The notes under the pieces: model-generated
The model's database searches: none
Told to the model about the DNA's origin: nothing
Seen by the model: the letters and a program-made list of their open reading frames with translations, nothing else
Translations under genes and position numbers: made by a program
Source: Octopus vulgaris
Lineage: Eukaryota
NCBI GenBank assembly: GCA_951406725.2
Contig: OX597823.1
Location: 34,286,001-34,350,000 of the forward strand
DNA length: 64,000 nt
Reading direction: 5' to 3'
Shown: positions 23,501 through 37,300 of the stretch, piece by piece
Layout: each line of letters opens with the position of its first letter
How positions within the stretch are numbered: position 1 is the first letter of the stretch

Positions 23501-26500
23501 CTTAAGAAGTCTCCTCTGACACATGCCAAAATGAAAAAAAGCACATGTAACAACAATGTGTGTGTGTGTTTGTTCCTGATTCTCCCTGAATGAGAGTATC
23601 AATGTTTGATCGAGCTGTCTGCCTGCCTAGAGATAAGGTTATTGTTGTTGTTTAGTACCAGTTCAGTCCTGATGAAGCAGACAGTAGCAGGAGGTGAGTT
23701 GAGAGAAATGTGGCCATCAGTTTCAGCAGCTCTAGCAACTGCTTAGAGGTTTTTTCCTCATTAACTTACAGGAGAAATGGCTTACAAACAAATGAAGAAA
23801 ACGTGCTGTTCCCTTTTGAATGTCCTTCCCATAATTCACTCGATATTTCAATTTCAAGAATGTCTTGGACACTTGTATAGTCCCAGATATGATCTTCATT
23901 GTACAGTTTAAATTATGGAGTTGCATTCTTTTTCAATAAAGAAATTATTTTAATTAAAGGTAGGTCAGGGATCACATTACAGGATGATGAAACCTGTTAC
24001 ATGCACCAGTTCCATAGTTGAGTGGTTGGTAACTAAACTAGCTCCCCCACTTGAGTAGCCTGCTACTCTTGCAAGGAGTATGTCTGGATGCCCAGTAGGA
24101 CTAAAGACAAGACCTGCTGAAAGGTGGATGTGCTCTTTGTGGGTCAATGGCCATCCAGTTGGGGAAGTCAATGGCAAACCGCCCCAATATCTCTACCAAG
24201 AAAACACAATGAGAAAACCAGAATCAAGTAATGCTATGGCTTCATCCAATGGGAGAACTCTCACTTAATCAGGCAGACTTTTGTTGTAGATCATCAATGT
24301 ACAGCAAAAGTGCACGTGACAATAATGACAAATATTTCGATCTAGTTGTGCTTATGAAACAATAAAGTCCACCACCACCACCACTGCCATGGCATGAAAC
24401 TTCGATAGAAATAGTGTGAGAGAATGAGAAAATGTCTTACCTTGCAACAAATCAGCCACAGTGTTTAGGAGATAGTTCAGAAATTCGTGTGCATCTTGCT
24501 GCATATAGTTATCAAACAACTCTGAAAAACAAATACAATTACTGAAGCTTACAAACACAGATGTTAAATGATGATTATATAGCTGACCTGGGTATGGCTT
24601 TAAACAAAATCCAGTGGTGGGGCACCGATTTGGGAGCAGTGTGCATGTTGTCGCTTACAAATATCAAATAGCCTAATGTCTTTACATACATATTGTCTGT
24701 GAGGAAAATTTTCTCCTGAGACAATTTCAGCAGTAAAAGGCTCTCCCAAACCTGAGTGTACATGAATATGTTAAATACGATTGTACAGAAGTATATTTAA
24801 TTCAAAGCTGCTTTGTGCAACTCTGCTTATTTAATTCCAGCTTGACCAAATTTTATTTACATGGATAAATGAGTTATTTACTATTCTTATAAATAAGAAC
24901 TATCATTTATATAGAACTGTGAAAGACAAATTCTGTATTCATAGCTGATGATTCGCAATGACACAGAAAGATGTCTCACATTCTGATGTCATCATTCATA
25001 GCCCAGTCTGTTACCATTCATATTGAGTACAAGGAAAACTTTCTCCTGAGACTATTTGCGCAGTGAAAGGCCTTCCCACATCCAAGTACACATGTAATAA
25101 ATATGGTTGTACATAACAATATTATAGATATTTGTTGGATTTTTTACATCTGTTTTTCCATGCTACGAAGGTTTTTATGAATATATTATTAAGGCATTGT
25201 TTTACAACCAAATGTCCTTTCCATCTTAAGCCAACCAAAACCTCAAGTAGATGGAAAATGAAAGAAGCCTGCCACATGTGGCTGTGTTGTCATCTGGCAA
25301 CAAATTGTCCACTCACTTTGTGCCTTTGAAGATGTATGAAGTAAGAGATTGTTTACTTGAAAGACAGGTTAGGGTTAATAATAAACAAAATCAAACACAC
25401 ACAGGCAAGGTATTCGTGTTGTTAGCTTGTGGTTTTGATCTCTTTATATACCTCAAGTTGCTTGTAATTGATATTTGAATTTTTTGCATGGCATGAATCG
25501 GTACATGCCAGCAAATGGTTCCTAATCCATTTAGCATAGAGTCATAGTCAGTGATATAGCTTGCAGCAGGCTTTGTTTGGTGTCCAGCATTGATAAGTAA
25601 CAACAATGACGAAACATTGATGTCTGTTGCTCTGAGAAGGGACCTATGTGAGTTGTCTCCCTTCACTATGATTTACTTTCAGGTGCTTTCTTACACCAGG
25701 TCTTTAGAGAATATATTCTCTTATGCCTAAAAACCACAGCCAACCCATGAACTAACAACACACATACCTTGAGCAAGTGTGTTCGATTTTGTTTATAAAC
25801 CTTGAGCTGCTTCTAATTCAAATTTGAAACATAACTAGATGCTAGAGAGGAGAGAGAGAGAGAGAGAAAGAAAGGTTTGGCACCAGAAAGGTTTGGCCAA
25901 ACTGTTTCAAACCCCTCAGGTATCCCTTGTCACAAGTTTAACGCAGTCTTACATTATATTGAATAATGTCTGTTTCCATATGAAATACTGAAAGAATTGA
26001 AATGAGATTTTTTTTTAAAGGTATTTTCTGTTCTCTTTAAATATTAATTAACAATGTCAGAAAAATATAAAATTCCTCAAGGAAAACAATATAAGAAATG
26101 GAATTTACCGTTTTCTTTACGTAACCTGGTAATAAATTTCTTTGGTGCTATAGTGCCAACCTTTTTCTTCTGCGTGGCTATATTGTAAAAGAGATCGGCA
26201 AGACATGTTAGCAGTGTTTCTTTTTTCTGGTTCTTCTGTTGTAATTTGTATTGCAGAACTTTTTCACGGAACGGACGGCAGAAGTATAGCGCTTGCAACA
26301 CAGAATTGCAGTAACACGTATTTCCAAACTGAAATGAAAACAAATCAAATATATTGACCAACTTTGAAGGAACAAATACAGTTTCATAACAAAAACAATT
26401 ACAAAAAAAACCCACCAACAAAACATTACATAAATACATACGTACACACATTCATACATATACATACATTATATATAGACACAGACATACACAACAGGCA

Positions 26501-28051
26501 ATTCCTGTCTACCAAATTCATTCACAAAGGCATTGGTCAGCAGGGTTACAATCGAAGACACAAAGTGAAAAACAGTGACACTGAACCCCAAACCATGTGG
26601 TTGTAAAGCTAACTTCTTAACCACATGGCCATGCCTGAACATTCATATCATCATCATCATCATCATTGTTTAATGCCTGCTTTCCATGCTAGCATGGGTT
26701 GGACGATTTGACTGAGGACTGACAAACCAGATGGCTGCACCAGGCTCCAATCTGATCTGGCAGAGTTTCTACAGCTGGATGCCCTTCCTAATGCCAACCA
26801 CTCTGAGAGTGTAGTGGGTGCTTTTACGTGCCACCGGCACAAGGGCCAGTCTGGCGGTACTGGCAATGGCCATGCTCAAATGGTGTTTTTTTACATGTCA
26901 CCTGCACACAAACCAGTCCAGTGGCACTGGCAATGACCTCACTTGAATAATGCCACTAAGGCGACGCTGGTAACATCACAATATATATATATTATATATA
27001 TATGTGCATGAGTCATCTAAGTGACCATAAACCACCTCCGACAACAGAGAGTAGTCACCATATTCCCTTCCAAATTGGTTAACTCTGATGAGCATAAAAT
27101 TATATAATCAGATGGTTACCTAACACTCCACTGTATTCTTTACATGAAACCAATTGGTAAGACCAGCTGTGACGGATATTTAAAAAAATACATTTCGGAT
27201 AATATATATATATATTGCAGATGTACAGGTACAGTAAACACTAGAAATGTACAGAAAATAGACTATCAAATGCATGGAGGGATACTTGGAAGTAGTTGAG
27301 AGCTTTCATTACCTAGATGACCAAGTCTACTGTGGAGGTGGATGTTCTGAGAGCGTAGCTGCTAGAATAAAAGGTTGGGCAAAGTTCAGAGAACTTCTAC
27401 TTTTGTTGGTAACAAAGAACTTCTCCCACACAGTGAAAAGAAGATAGTATGATGCCAATGTGCAAACAACCATGCTACATGGCAATGAAACATGGGCTGT
27501 GGCTGCAGAGGACATGTGAAAGCTTGAAAGGAAAGAAGCTAGAATGCTTTGCTAGAATGTAAGTATGACAGAATGTAAGCATCTTGAAAGAAAAATTAGG
27601 CATAAAAGGCATCAGATGTGACGTGCAAGAGAGAAGACAGGTCTGGTGTGGTCATGTGATGTGTATGGGTGAAGACAACTGCATCAAGAAATGCCATTCT
27701 CTAACTGCAATGGAACCTGTGGAAGAGGTAGATTCAGGAAAACATGGGACAAAGTGGTGAAGCATGATCTTCGAATGTTGGGTGTAGTGATGAGAAGTGA
27801 TCAAGACCTTTGGTGATTTGCTGTGCTTGAGAAATCTCATCAAGCCAAGTGAAATCGTAGTCATGGCCAGTGATACATAAAAGGCACCCACTAAACTCTC
27901 AGAGTGGTTGGTGTTAGAAAAGGCATCCACCCATAGAAACCAAGCCAGATCAAACTCTGAACCTGGTACAGCTCTTCCGTTTACCAGTTCCAATCAAACT
28001 GTCTAACCCATGTCAGCATGGAAAGCAGACGTTAAATGATGATGATGATGA

Positions 28052-28095
<44 letters not shown>

Positions 28096-31000
28096 TGGCT
28101 GCCCCCTCGTTATCGAGTAAGGCCATTGCACGAAGCTTAATCAATGTTGTTATCATGCAATGCCTGTGCAAGAAGATTTTTTTTAAAGTGAGGAAAGGCT
28201 GTGCACTGAGTCAATCCCACTCACTAAGCAACAGCAGCCATAATCCGAAAAGAAGAACAAGTCAACATCATCGGTAACCACTGAGCCGCAGGTTTTATGT
28301 TGGAGTTATCCCAGTTACCTGAGTTATCTTCTAGAAGGATGCCCTAACAAAGGCTGGGAGTCCTTCACTCCCAATGGTTTAACCGCGCGATCGGGTATTC
28401 AGTCTGATTATTTCTATGTCCCCACGCATGATACATCCTTAAGACATTTATTGGATGGCTGTTGACTCTCTAGAGTTCCTCTGCCCTTTGACGGGTTTTG
28501 TTTTTCATCCCGCAGGGTGTCCAATAAACACCCTCCTCACCAAGCAAGCTTGGTGGGGTTGCCGGTTTAGTCGCCGACGACCCAACCATGCAACAGGTTG
28601 TACTGGGTTACATGTTACCAGTATATACATACACACATATATACACATACATACATACACACATGCATACACACACACACACGCACATAAAGAGAGAGAG
28701 AATAAACTGAACCTAATGATAATGGTAGAGATTAAGATTTACTTTGCCTCCCCACCACAATGCCCTGGGCTCAGATCTCACCAAATCAACTTCATTTGTC
28801 AGTTTTCCAAATTTCACAAAATAAAAACCATTTACGTAATACTGAAAGAAATTAATAATGGTGTCAGCAGCAGCAGCAGTAGCAGTAGTAGTAGTCAAAT
28901 ACATCAATCTTTATCAAGTGACCCTGTCTCCAAAAATAGACAAGGGTTTGGTGAGGCAGGGTTTTTTTTACCAACTTCTCGCTGAAAAACTGATTCAATA
29001 TTGGGACTGTTTGAAGATGGCCCAATGAGCTCTCACAGCATAGAACAAGGTAAAAAAAAAATAATATGTGTGTGTGCATGGCTGTGTGATTGAGAAGTTC
29101 ACACCTCAACCGCATGATTATGGATTCAGTCCCATTGCAAGACGTCCTGGGCGAGTGTGCCTTCTACAGTAGGCCCAGAGAGACCAATACTGTGTGAGTG
29201 AATCTGATAACCAGAGACAGCACAAAGCCCATCATGTGTGTGTGTGTGTGTTTACATTCAGTGCATGCATTAAAATGGCACAGAGCAGTGAACTTCATTG
29301 ACAGTCCTTTGCTAAAAAATAGTCTGCACTTTTGAAAATGTGTGGAAATAAAAATCCCTCAGTAATATGAAATCACCCATGTCTAGCATAGTAAAAATAA
29401 ACCAATGTAAAAACAAACAAATATAGTTCTTTGCTTAAGATAAAACTGGGTTTCTCTCATTCATATTACGTTAGTAATTGTTTAAGTAGACAACCCTATA
29501 AATAGAGGCTGAAATTAAGTTTACTCTTGTTAATAACACCACAGATGATAAATGAAATATAACAAATCTCAAAACTCAATAGGGTGCACAGCCTGGAAAT
29601 CATGGGGTCTCTCCAGTTTGGGCTGCTACTTCTATGTATTGAGAGGTCACAGCTCTGCTATGACGAACATGTAATTAAAATATCAAAAGAAAGGAACACA
29701 AGACAAATCCTTCGAGTTGAGCCAACTGGCAGGAGACCAAAGAATAGACCAAGAAGCTGGAAAATATCCATAATCTCAATTGGTCACACTTGGGAATTGA
29801 GCTGGAAAGTGTAATGGCATTTGCATCTAATAGGACCCTACATAGAAGGTGCCTAAGGACCCTAACCAGCCCAAGGAATAGTGGGCAGAGAAAATGGAAG
29901 GAACAAAATATGAAAACTATGAAATTCACATTGTTGTTATTCTGTTTTTCCAGACAGTTGCATCTGGTTAAATATTTAGGTCAAAGAGTTAAGGAAGTTC
30001 ATTCCATCACTAACTTTGTGCAATGTCTGCGACATGTTATTTAGCTATAAATAGATACCATGACGAGGTGCATTTCACAACGGGAAGCAGTAGGGGATAT
30101 TGTATAACTGTCAAGTGAGTTGAGTGCTAAGTTCAATAACATGACATCCTGTCAAGGGAGAGAGATGAAACACTCCGCTGTTTAAGAAAAAGTGGAATAA
30201 ACTCTGCTCTGCAGCAAACTCCAATACCTATTGGTAATTGTGGGGGATAAAAAAAAAAATATTAACCACTTCATGTTGCCATTATGAATCAAGGATAGAG
30301 TAGGTTTAGTTTAAACTCCAAAGCATCAACCATTAACTCCAGTTAAAGAAATGACTTTAACCCTTTTTGTTACCAAATTTCTCTTGAAATACACTTTGCT
30401 TCAATAAATTTTGAAAATAATACAGAATTTAGAAAAATCAAGATAGTGTTTGAACATAGATTAACATGAACTTTAGATAGAAAATTTTAATCGAGATCAA
30501 TTCTAAACAGAAAGGTTTACATCAAAAGGGTTCATCAATATATGTTGTCTAAGGACAAAGGGTCAACAGGATTTCAACACTGCTACTTCTCAGTCTAGCT
30601 CCTTTTATCTCTTTATTGACACACATACTGGGAAGCAAAATGATATGATAAGCAAGAAGAGAGATGAAATAGTCAACTTGTTTGGAACACTGACAGAAAT
30701 AACTAAATAATTTCAAATAAAATGGTCAAAAGGAATGGAGAGATGAGGAATTATGTATATTATTTATATTTGACGGATATTTGTCCTAATTTTGTTTGTT
30801 TTTAACACAACATTTCCACTGATATACCCTCCGGCCTTCATCAAGTGTCTTGGGGAAAATTCCAACCTGAGTTCTCATTCCTAAGTTATTTTTCGATGTT
30901 ATTATTATTGTTATTATTATTATTATTATTATAATTATTGAGGTCACTGCCTGGAATCAATCTCAGAATCTTGGGGTTAGTAGCCTGCACTCTTAACCAT

Positions 31001-31265
31001 TATGCTATATGCCAGTGGCATATCAGATTAATAGATATGGAGTTATCTGATTTAATATTTCAGAGCTCAATAAATTTACTTTTGTCTTAATTCTCTCATC
31101 GTTAAAATCACTTCAACGAGAGGGAAAGAGTAAAACTCTAAATCATTTGAAGTAATATTAAGTAATACAACTTTATCATTCCTACCTAAAACTAAGATGG
31201 TACTTTTTGCTTTATGCTTTAATGAGAATTTGTTAGGAGAGTGTAGAAGAATAAATGTGATCATC

Positions 31266-31303
<38 letters not shown>

Positions 31304-34300
31304 TAAGACAACCAGCTCCCCCCCCACACACACACACACACAAGGGTCAGCTATTGGAATTTTGTTTACAACAAAAAAAAAACAGAATTACTATTATTTT
31401 ATACCTTCAGAATGTTTTGCAAAGCTATATTTAATGGTTGTGGCCCAATAAAAGTGAACTGAATTGATAAAGGGATGCAGTAAGAACTATATAGAAATTT
31501 CATCAATAGGAGACGAAGAGATGTGGCAGGAGAGCTTTACACATCAGAAAGCAATTAGGTCATAGAAATGGAAAAGAAGATATTTCTTAAGCTAATAAAA
31601 TGGAGTTAGAAAAAATATTCCAAAGGATGTAAATACTACAAGAATTATAAAAATAATTCTCTGCATGATATGAATTCAAATATTGATTTAGCAATTAAGC
31701 TAAAATTATGATGGAATTTGATGCCAGTGGTGGGGAAGTTTTCTTTAAAATATTATTATTATTTAAAGAATAAGCTAGAGTCTAGCTGCTTATTCAATGC
31801 ACTTTTAAGGAAGAATAAAAACAGAACACTTAAAAATAAATATATGTGAATTTGCAAAGTGAACAATGGTAATATTTAATGATTTAATTGAATCAGATAA
31901 AAAATATGCATGGCACCTTGGGTAAACATCTTCTGTTTCAGTTGTCTTGGGATGACCAAAGCCTTGTGAGTAGATTTGGTAAATAGAAACTGAAAGAAGC
32001 CCATCATGTATATGTGTGTGTGTGTGTGCATTTATGTCGACTTGTTTTGACATTGTATGCCAGTTGTAAATGATTGTCACTGTCATACAAACAGTGTCAT
32101 TCATTTCCAATATGCTGCAAAAACATGCCAGGCCATGGAGGAAATATTACTTTGCATGGAAACAAGTATGGGTTGGTGACAAGAAGGGTATCTGGCTATA
32201 GAAAATCTGCTTCATTTAACTCTATCTGACCTATACATGGAAAAGTGGATGTTAAATATCTCTCATCGTGAGATTTACAAATAGTAATTTTCAGGCTTCA
32301 ATGCAGTTTCCATCTACCAACAGTTCCATCCACAAGTCATTGGTTAGCTCAGGGCTATAATAAAAGATACTTGCCTAAGGTGCAGTGTAGTGGGACAGAA
32401 CCCCAAACCCTATGGTTGAAAAGCAAACTTCTTATCACATAGCCATGATTATGCCTAATATTGTTCTGGAAACCATTCTCACTTTAAACTTACTCTTAAG
32501 CATCTTCCATTAAACTTTGCTATCAAATCATCAATGGCATGTCTTTCGGTGAGTTATCTTGGGGATTATAGAGATACAAAGATGAATGTGTAGTTGACCA
32601 CAAGGTACCAGGTTCCGTCCCACTGTATTGCATCTGAAGTATCTTCTACTACGGCCTCAAGTTGACAAATCTATTATCTTTGGTTTCTGTCAATGGACCG
32701 TGGCCAAGCTGAGGCACTACCTCGTCAAACAAATCAACTCCAGCATTTATTTTCCAAGCCTGGAACTTATTCTATCAGTCCTTTTTTGCCAAACTGCTAG
32801 GTTACAGGGACATAAATGAACCAGTCCTGGTTGTCAAGTGGTAGGACAACGGTAGAAACACAGACACAAAAACAGACATGCACGTATGATGGGTTTCCAC
32901 CATAGTTTCTCCCTATCAAATTTATTCACGAGGCATTGGTTGGCCTAAAATGACATGCAGAGGAGCTGAACTGGAAACTAAGTGGTGCAAAAAGAATTTC
33001 CAAACTACACAGCCATGCCTGGGCATATAAGACTAGGAGTTGTGTGTGTGTGTGTGTGTTGCTGTTCATAAAATGTGATAGAAAAAAAAAGAACCCAACA
33101 CATTCTTCCATGAAATTTGATCACATCAGCCATAGTTTGTATTTTCAATGTGACATCCATACTGTGTTTGTGAGAGAAGGAAAGGAGGCAGGGAAAATGA
33201 GGTAACATATATATATTATCTAATTATGCTACATCTTTGATTACTAAATTAATTAATGAGGGTGTAAGGAAATTTTCTAAATAGCAAGCAAGAAACAAGA
33301 TCAGTGGTGGGGGGCACAGTACAGTAATCCCTTGACTATTGCGGGTGTTACATTCCAACACCCCGCTCACACCGTGATAGGTGAAAATCCGCAAAGTAGA
33401 AACAGTACTATACATCTTTTTTTGTTATTCTTATAATTTGTATGCATTCATTTTATTATAAATGCAAAACAACACCATAGAGGACTCGGCGTAAGCTTAA
33501 ATAATAAACCCTGATAGGTGAACCGCGATATGGTGGGGAATTACTGTGTTTTGGCACTGTGATCACACTGGACAAGAGACATAATTCTGCCAGAGAAACT
33601 GGTTAGAAATGTAGACGACCCTCCTGTCGTAAAGTTGGTTTCCTGACAGGTGCAGCCATACTATAAGCTTATGCAGCTTGCTTTGCAACCACATGCATTT
33701 TGGCTAAATCCTTTTGTGTGGCACCTTAGGCAAGTCTTGTTTACTATAGTTCCAGGCAAACAATGCCTTGTGAGTAAATTTGGAAGATGGAAACTGTATT
33801 GAAGCCTGTCATATATATGTGTCCCCTCCCAACTTCTTCACAACTGGTGTTGATTTGTTTACATCAGTGTCACTTAGCGGTTTGGCAAAAGAGACCAAAA
33901 AACTAAGTACCAAACTTGAAAATATTATTGGGGTCAGTTTGCTTGAATAAACCCTAGAAGGCAGTGCTCCACCAGGGCTACAATTCAAATGACTAAAAGA
34001 AAGAAAAGATAAAAGAAAGAAAGAAAAAAAGGAAAACTCTATAAAAATCATCATTTTAACATCTCTGTCTCCGTGATCGCATAAGTCAGAAAAATGTATA
34101 TTCTCTTCTACTCTGGGCACAATACCTGAAATTTTTGGGGAGGGGGCCAGTCAATTAGATTGACCCTAGTATGCAACTGGTACTTAATTTATCGACCCTG
34201 AAAGGATGAAAGGCAAAGTCGACCTAGGCAGAATTTGATCTTAGAACGTAAAAACTGATGAAATACTTATTTCTTTACTACCCACAAGGGGCTAAACACA

Positions 34301-37300
34301 GAGAGGACAAACAAATTAAGTCAATTATATCGACCCCAGTGCATAACTGGTACTTATTTAATCGACCCTGAAAGGATGAAAGGCAAAGTCGACCTCGGCG
34401 AAATTTGAACTCAGAACGTAGTGGCAGATGAAATAGCGCTAAGCATTTCTCCCGGTGTGCTAACGTTTCTGCCAGCTCACCACCTTGAAAATATGTATTG
34501 GGACACAGTTTTCTACTGCCAGGTGCCCTTCCTGTCACCAAGCCCCAACTTGTCTCCGGATCTTACAGTCATTTGAACAACCAACAGCCCAGACATGTCT
34601 ATGTGGAAGACGGGGGAAAAAAAAATGACACTATCAGTTAACAAACACACATGTAGCCAGGGGATATCATTCATACAACTACACACACATATGTACGCAT
34701 ACATCTTCATCATCATCACCATCTAACATCCATTTTTCTGTGCTTGCATGGGTCAAACAGAATTTGTTGAAGCAGATTTTCTATGGCCGGATGCCTTTCC
34801 CATTACCACCCCTCACTGTTTCTTAGCAAGATAATGCTTACCTTGGCCAGACATCTTTTTCCATGGAAGATTTAAAACGAACAATATCGCTTGTATGATG
34901 ATAATGATGCTGTTTGGCTACAACCATCACATAAAGTCAAGACAAAAGTACATATGAACACACACACACATGATGGGCTTCTTCCATCAGATCAACTCAC
35001 AAAGCTTTGGTCGGCCCAGGTCTATAAGTCACTTGGCCAAGGTGCTACATAGTGGGACTGAACCTGAAACACTACATCAATGGGAAGCAAACTTTCTCAA
35101 GCACACAGCCACACTTGTGCAGGTGTCTAGGAAATCCTCTCTCAATTTTTTTGTTTATCCTTCACTGGTAACTACATATAAACCTCTCTCTCCCTCTGTG
35201 TATACACACACACACACAAAATGGGCTTCTTTAAGTTTCCCTCTACCATCTCACAAAACAGCAATTGTCCAACATGTGCTGTGGGACTGTACCCAAGACC
35301 ACATAGTTGGAAAACAAGCTTTCCTAACCACACAGCCATGTCTGCATGTGTGTTATATCAGAGCAAGAACTGTTTCAGCTCTCCATCACTAAACTCCCAA
35401 TTACACTTATCTTCTGTATTTGTTACTTAATCTTTCATACAAAATCAAAACAAAAATGATAGCTGCATGATGTATGTGTTTGTAAGTCAGGGGGAGGGGG
35501 AAGCTAATAGAAGAGATAATTAGCTCTGAATGTAATAATATTAAGTGGAAGAGAGATTAATTTCTTTCTGGATAGGCTAACTATTTATGGTGGTTCAACA
35601 TCTCCACAGTTATTTCCCCACAGCTGGAGGGACTAAGATGTTTACTAAGAAGTGTTCTACTTATCTAGAACAGATATGAATGAAATGAACTCAACACTCA
35701 CAAACTGCTAATCGTCATCATCATTTTAATGCCCACTTTTCCATGCTTGTTGAGGCAGATTTTCTACAGCTGGATGCTTTTCCATCACCAACCCTCACCT
35801 GTTTCCAAAGTAATATTTCCCTTTGGCCAGAGATGTTTACACAGAAGACTGGAAATGAAGGATACTGCTTGTATGATATTGACAGTTGCTTACAATTATC
35901 ATTGTATGTCAGGAGAACAACACATCACCCACACACTTGACAAGGTGCTTTTAGTTTTTGCCTACAAAATCTGCTCCCAATGCTTCTTTCAGTCTGGACT
36001 TACAATAAAAGACACTTGCCTATTGGGCCACACACACTGGAATTGCACCCAAAACCATCTTGTTGGGAAGTGAACTTACTAACTCCACAAGCATGCCTGC
36101 AATCAGGCTGTTTAATAGATAAATCTTCTCTTTCCGTAACTGAGAAATTTTGGTTTCTCACAATAGACAAAGGTGTGGCTGTGTGGTAAGAAGCTTGCTT
36201 TCCAACCACATAGTTCTGGATTTGGTCCCACTGCATGGCACCTAGGGTAAGTGTCTTCTATTATAGCCTTGGGCTGACCAAAGCCTTGTGAGTTGATTTG
36301 GTAGACGGAAACTGAAAGAAACCCATCATATATATATATATATATATATATACGTATGTATTTATGTGTGTGTGTGTCTTCACCATCACTTGACAACTGA
36401 TGTTGGTATGTTTATGTCCCTGAAACTTAGCAGTTCAGCAAATGGAACCGATAGAATAAGTACTAGGCTTACAAAGAATAAGTCCTGGGGTTGATTTGTT
36501 TGACTAAAAGTGGTGCTCCAGCATGGCCACAGTCAAATGACTGAAACATGTAAAAGAGTAGAAAAAAAAAAGAGTAACTCCTTTGTTACCATATTTCTGT
36601 TGAAATACACAACCTTTATTTCAATTAATTTTGAAATTAAGGAAAAATTTAGTAAAATGACTGTCATTATTTGATATTTGTTACATAAACTGATATGAAA
36701 TTTTGATGGAAAGCTTGATACTGGAAGTCAATATCATAGATCTAGGGGTGATCTCAGGCAAGTTGGGATCAAAAGGGTTAACACAATATACTAAGACATA
36801 CATTCATGAAGACCTAGGTCTTCATGTATGTATATCTAGGGGTACCCTATATAATTGAATGGTCCCTCTATTTTATTGCCCCTGTTGAAGATTCAGTATT
36901 GAGAAGATTCAGTATTGAGATTTGAGCTTTCCAATCTAAATATCAACTTTAAGCTGGCTTGTAATAAGCTAAATAATTATCAAACCTTACCAGGGGCTCA
37001 TACAACTTTGTATATAAAGAGACATTAATAGAAGTTGATCGAAATGATTGTCAACGTGTCTCTGACTAAAAATGTGTTTTGGATTTTAATTATAAAAGAC
37101 AAGAGTTTATTGAAACAGAATTCAGATAGAAGTTAGTAAAAAGGGCAAAGTTGCTATCTTCAATTCAGTGTCCATATACACCCTCATATATGGTCATGAA
37201 TGTTGAGTGATGATAGAAAGTATATGATCACAAACAAAAGTAGCCAAAATGGGGTACCTCCAAAAGATCTTGGGAGTAACATTAATTTACAGGATGCATA

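Noticed and set aside
28455-28985. 176-aa ORF with poly-Ser
   Set aside because: It spans a repeat fragment and CA/CAG microsatellites, with no homology recognised.
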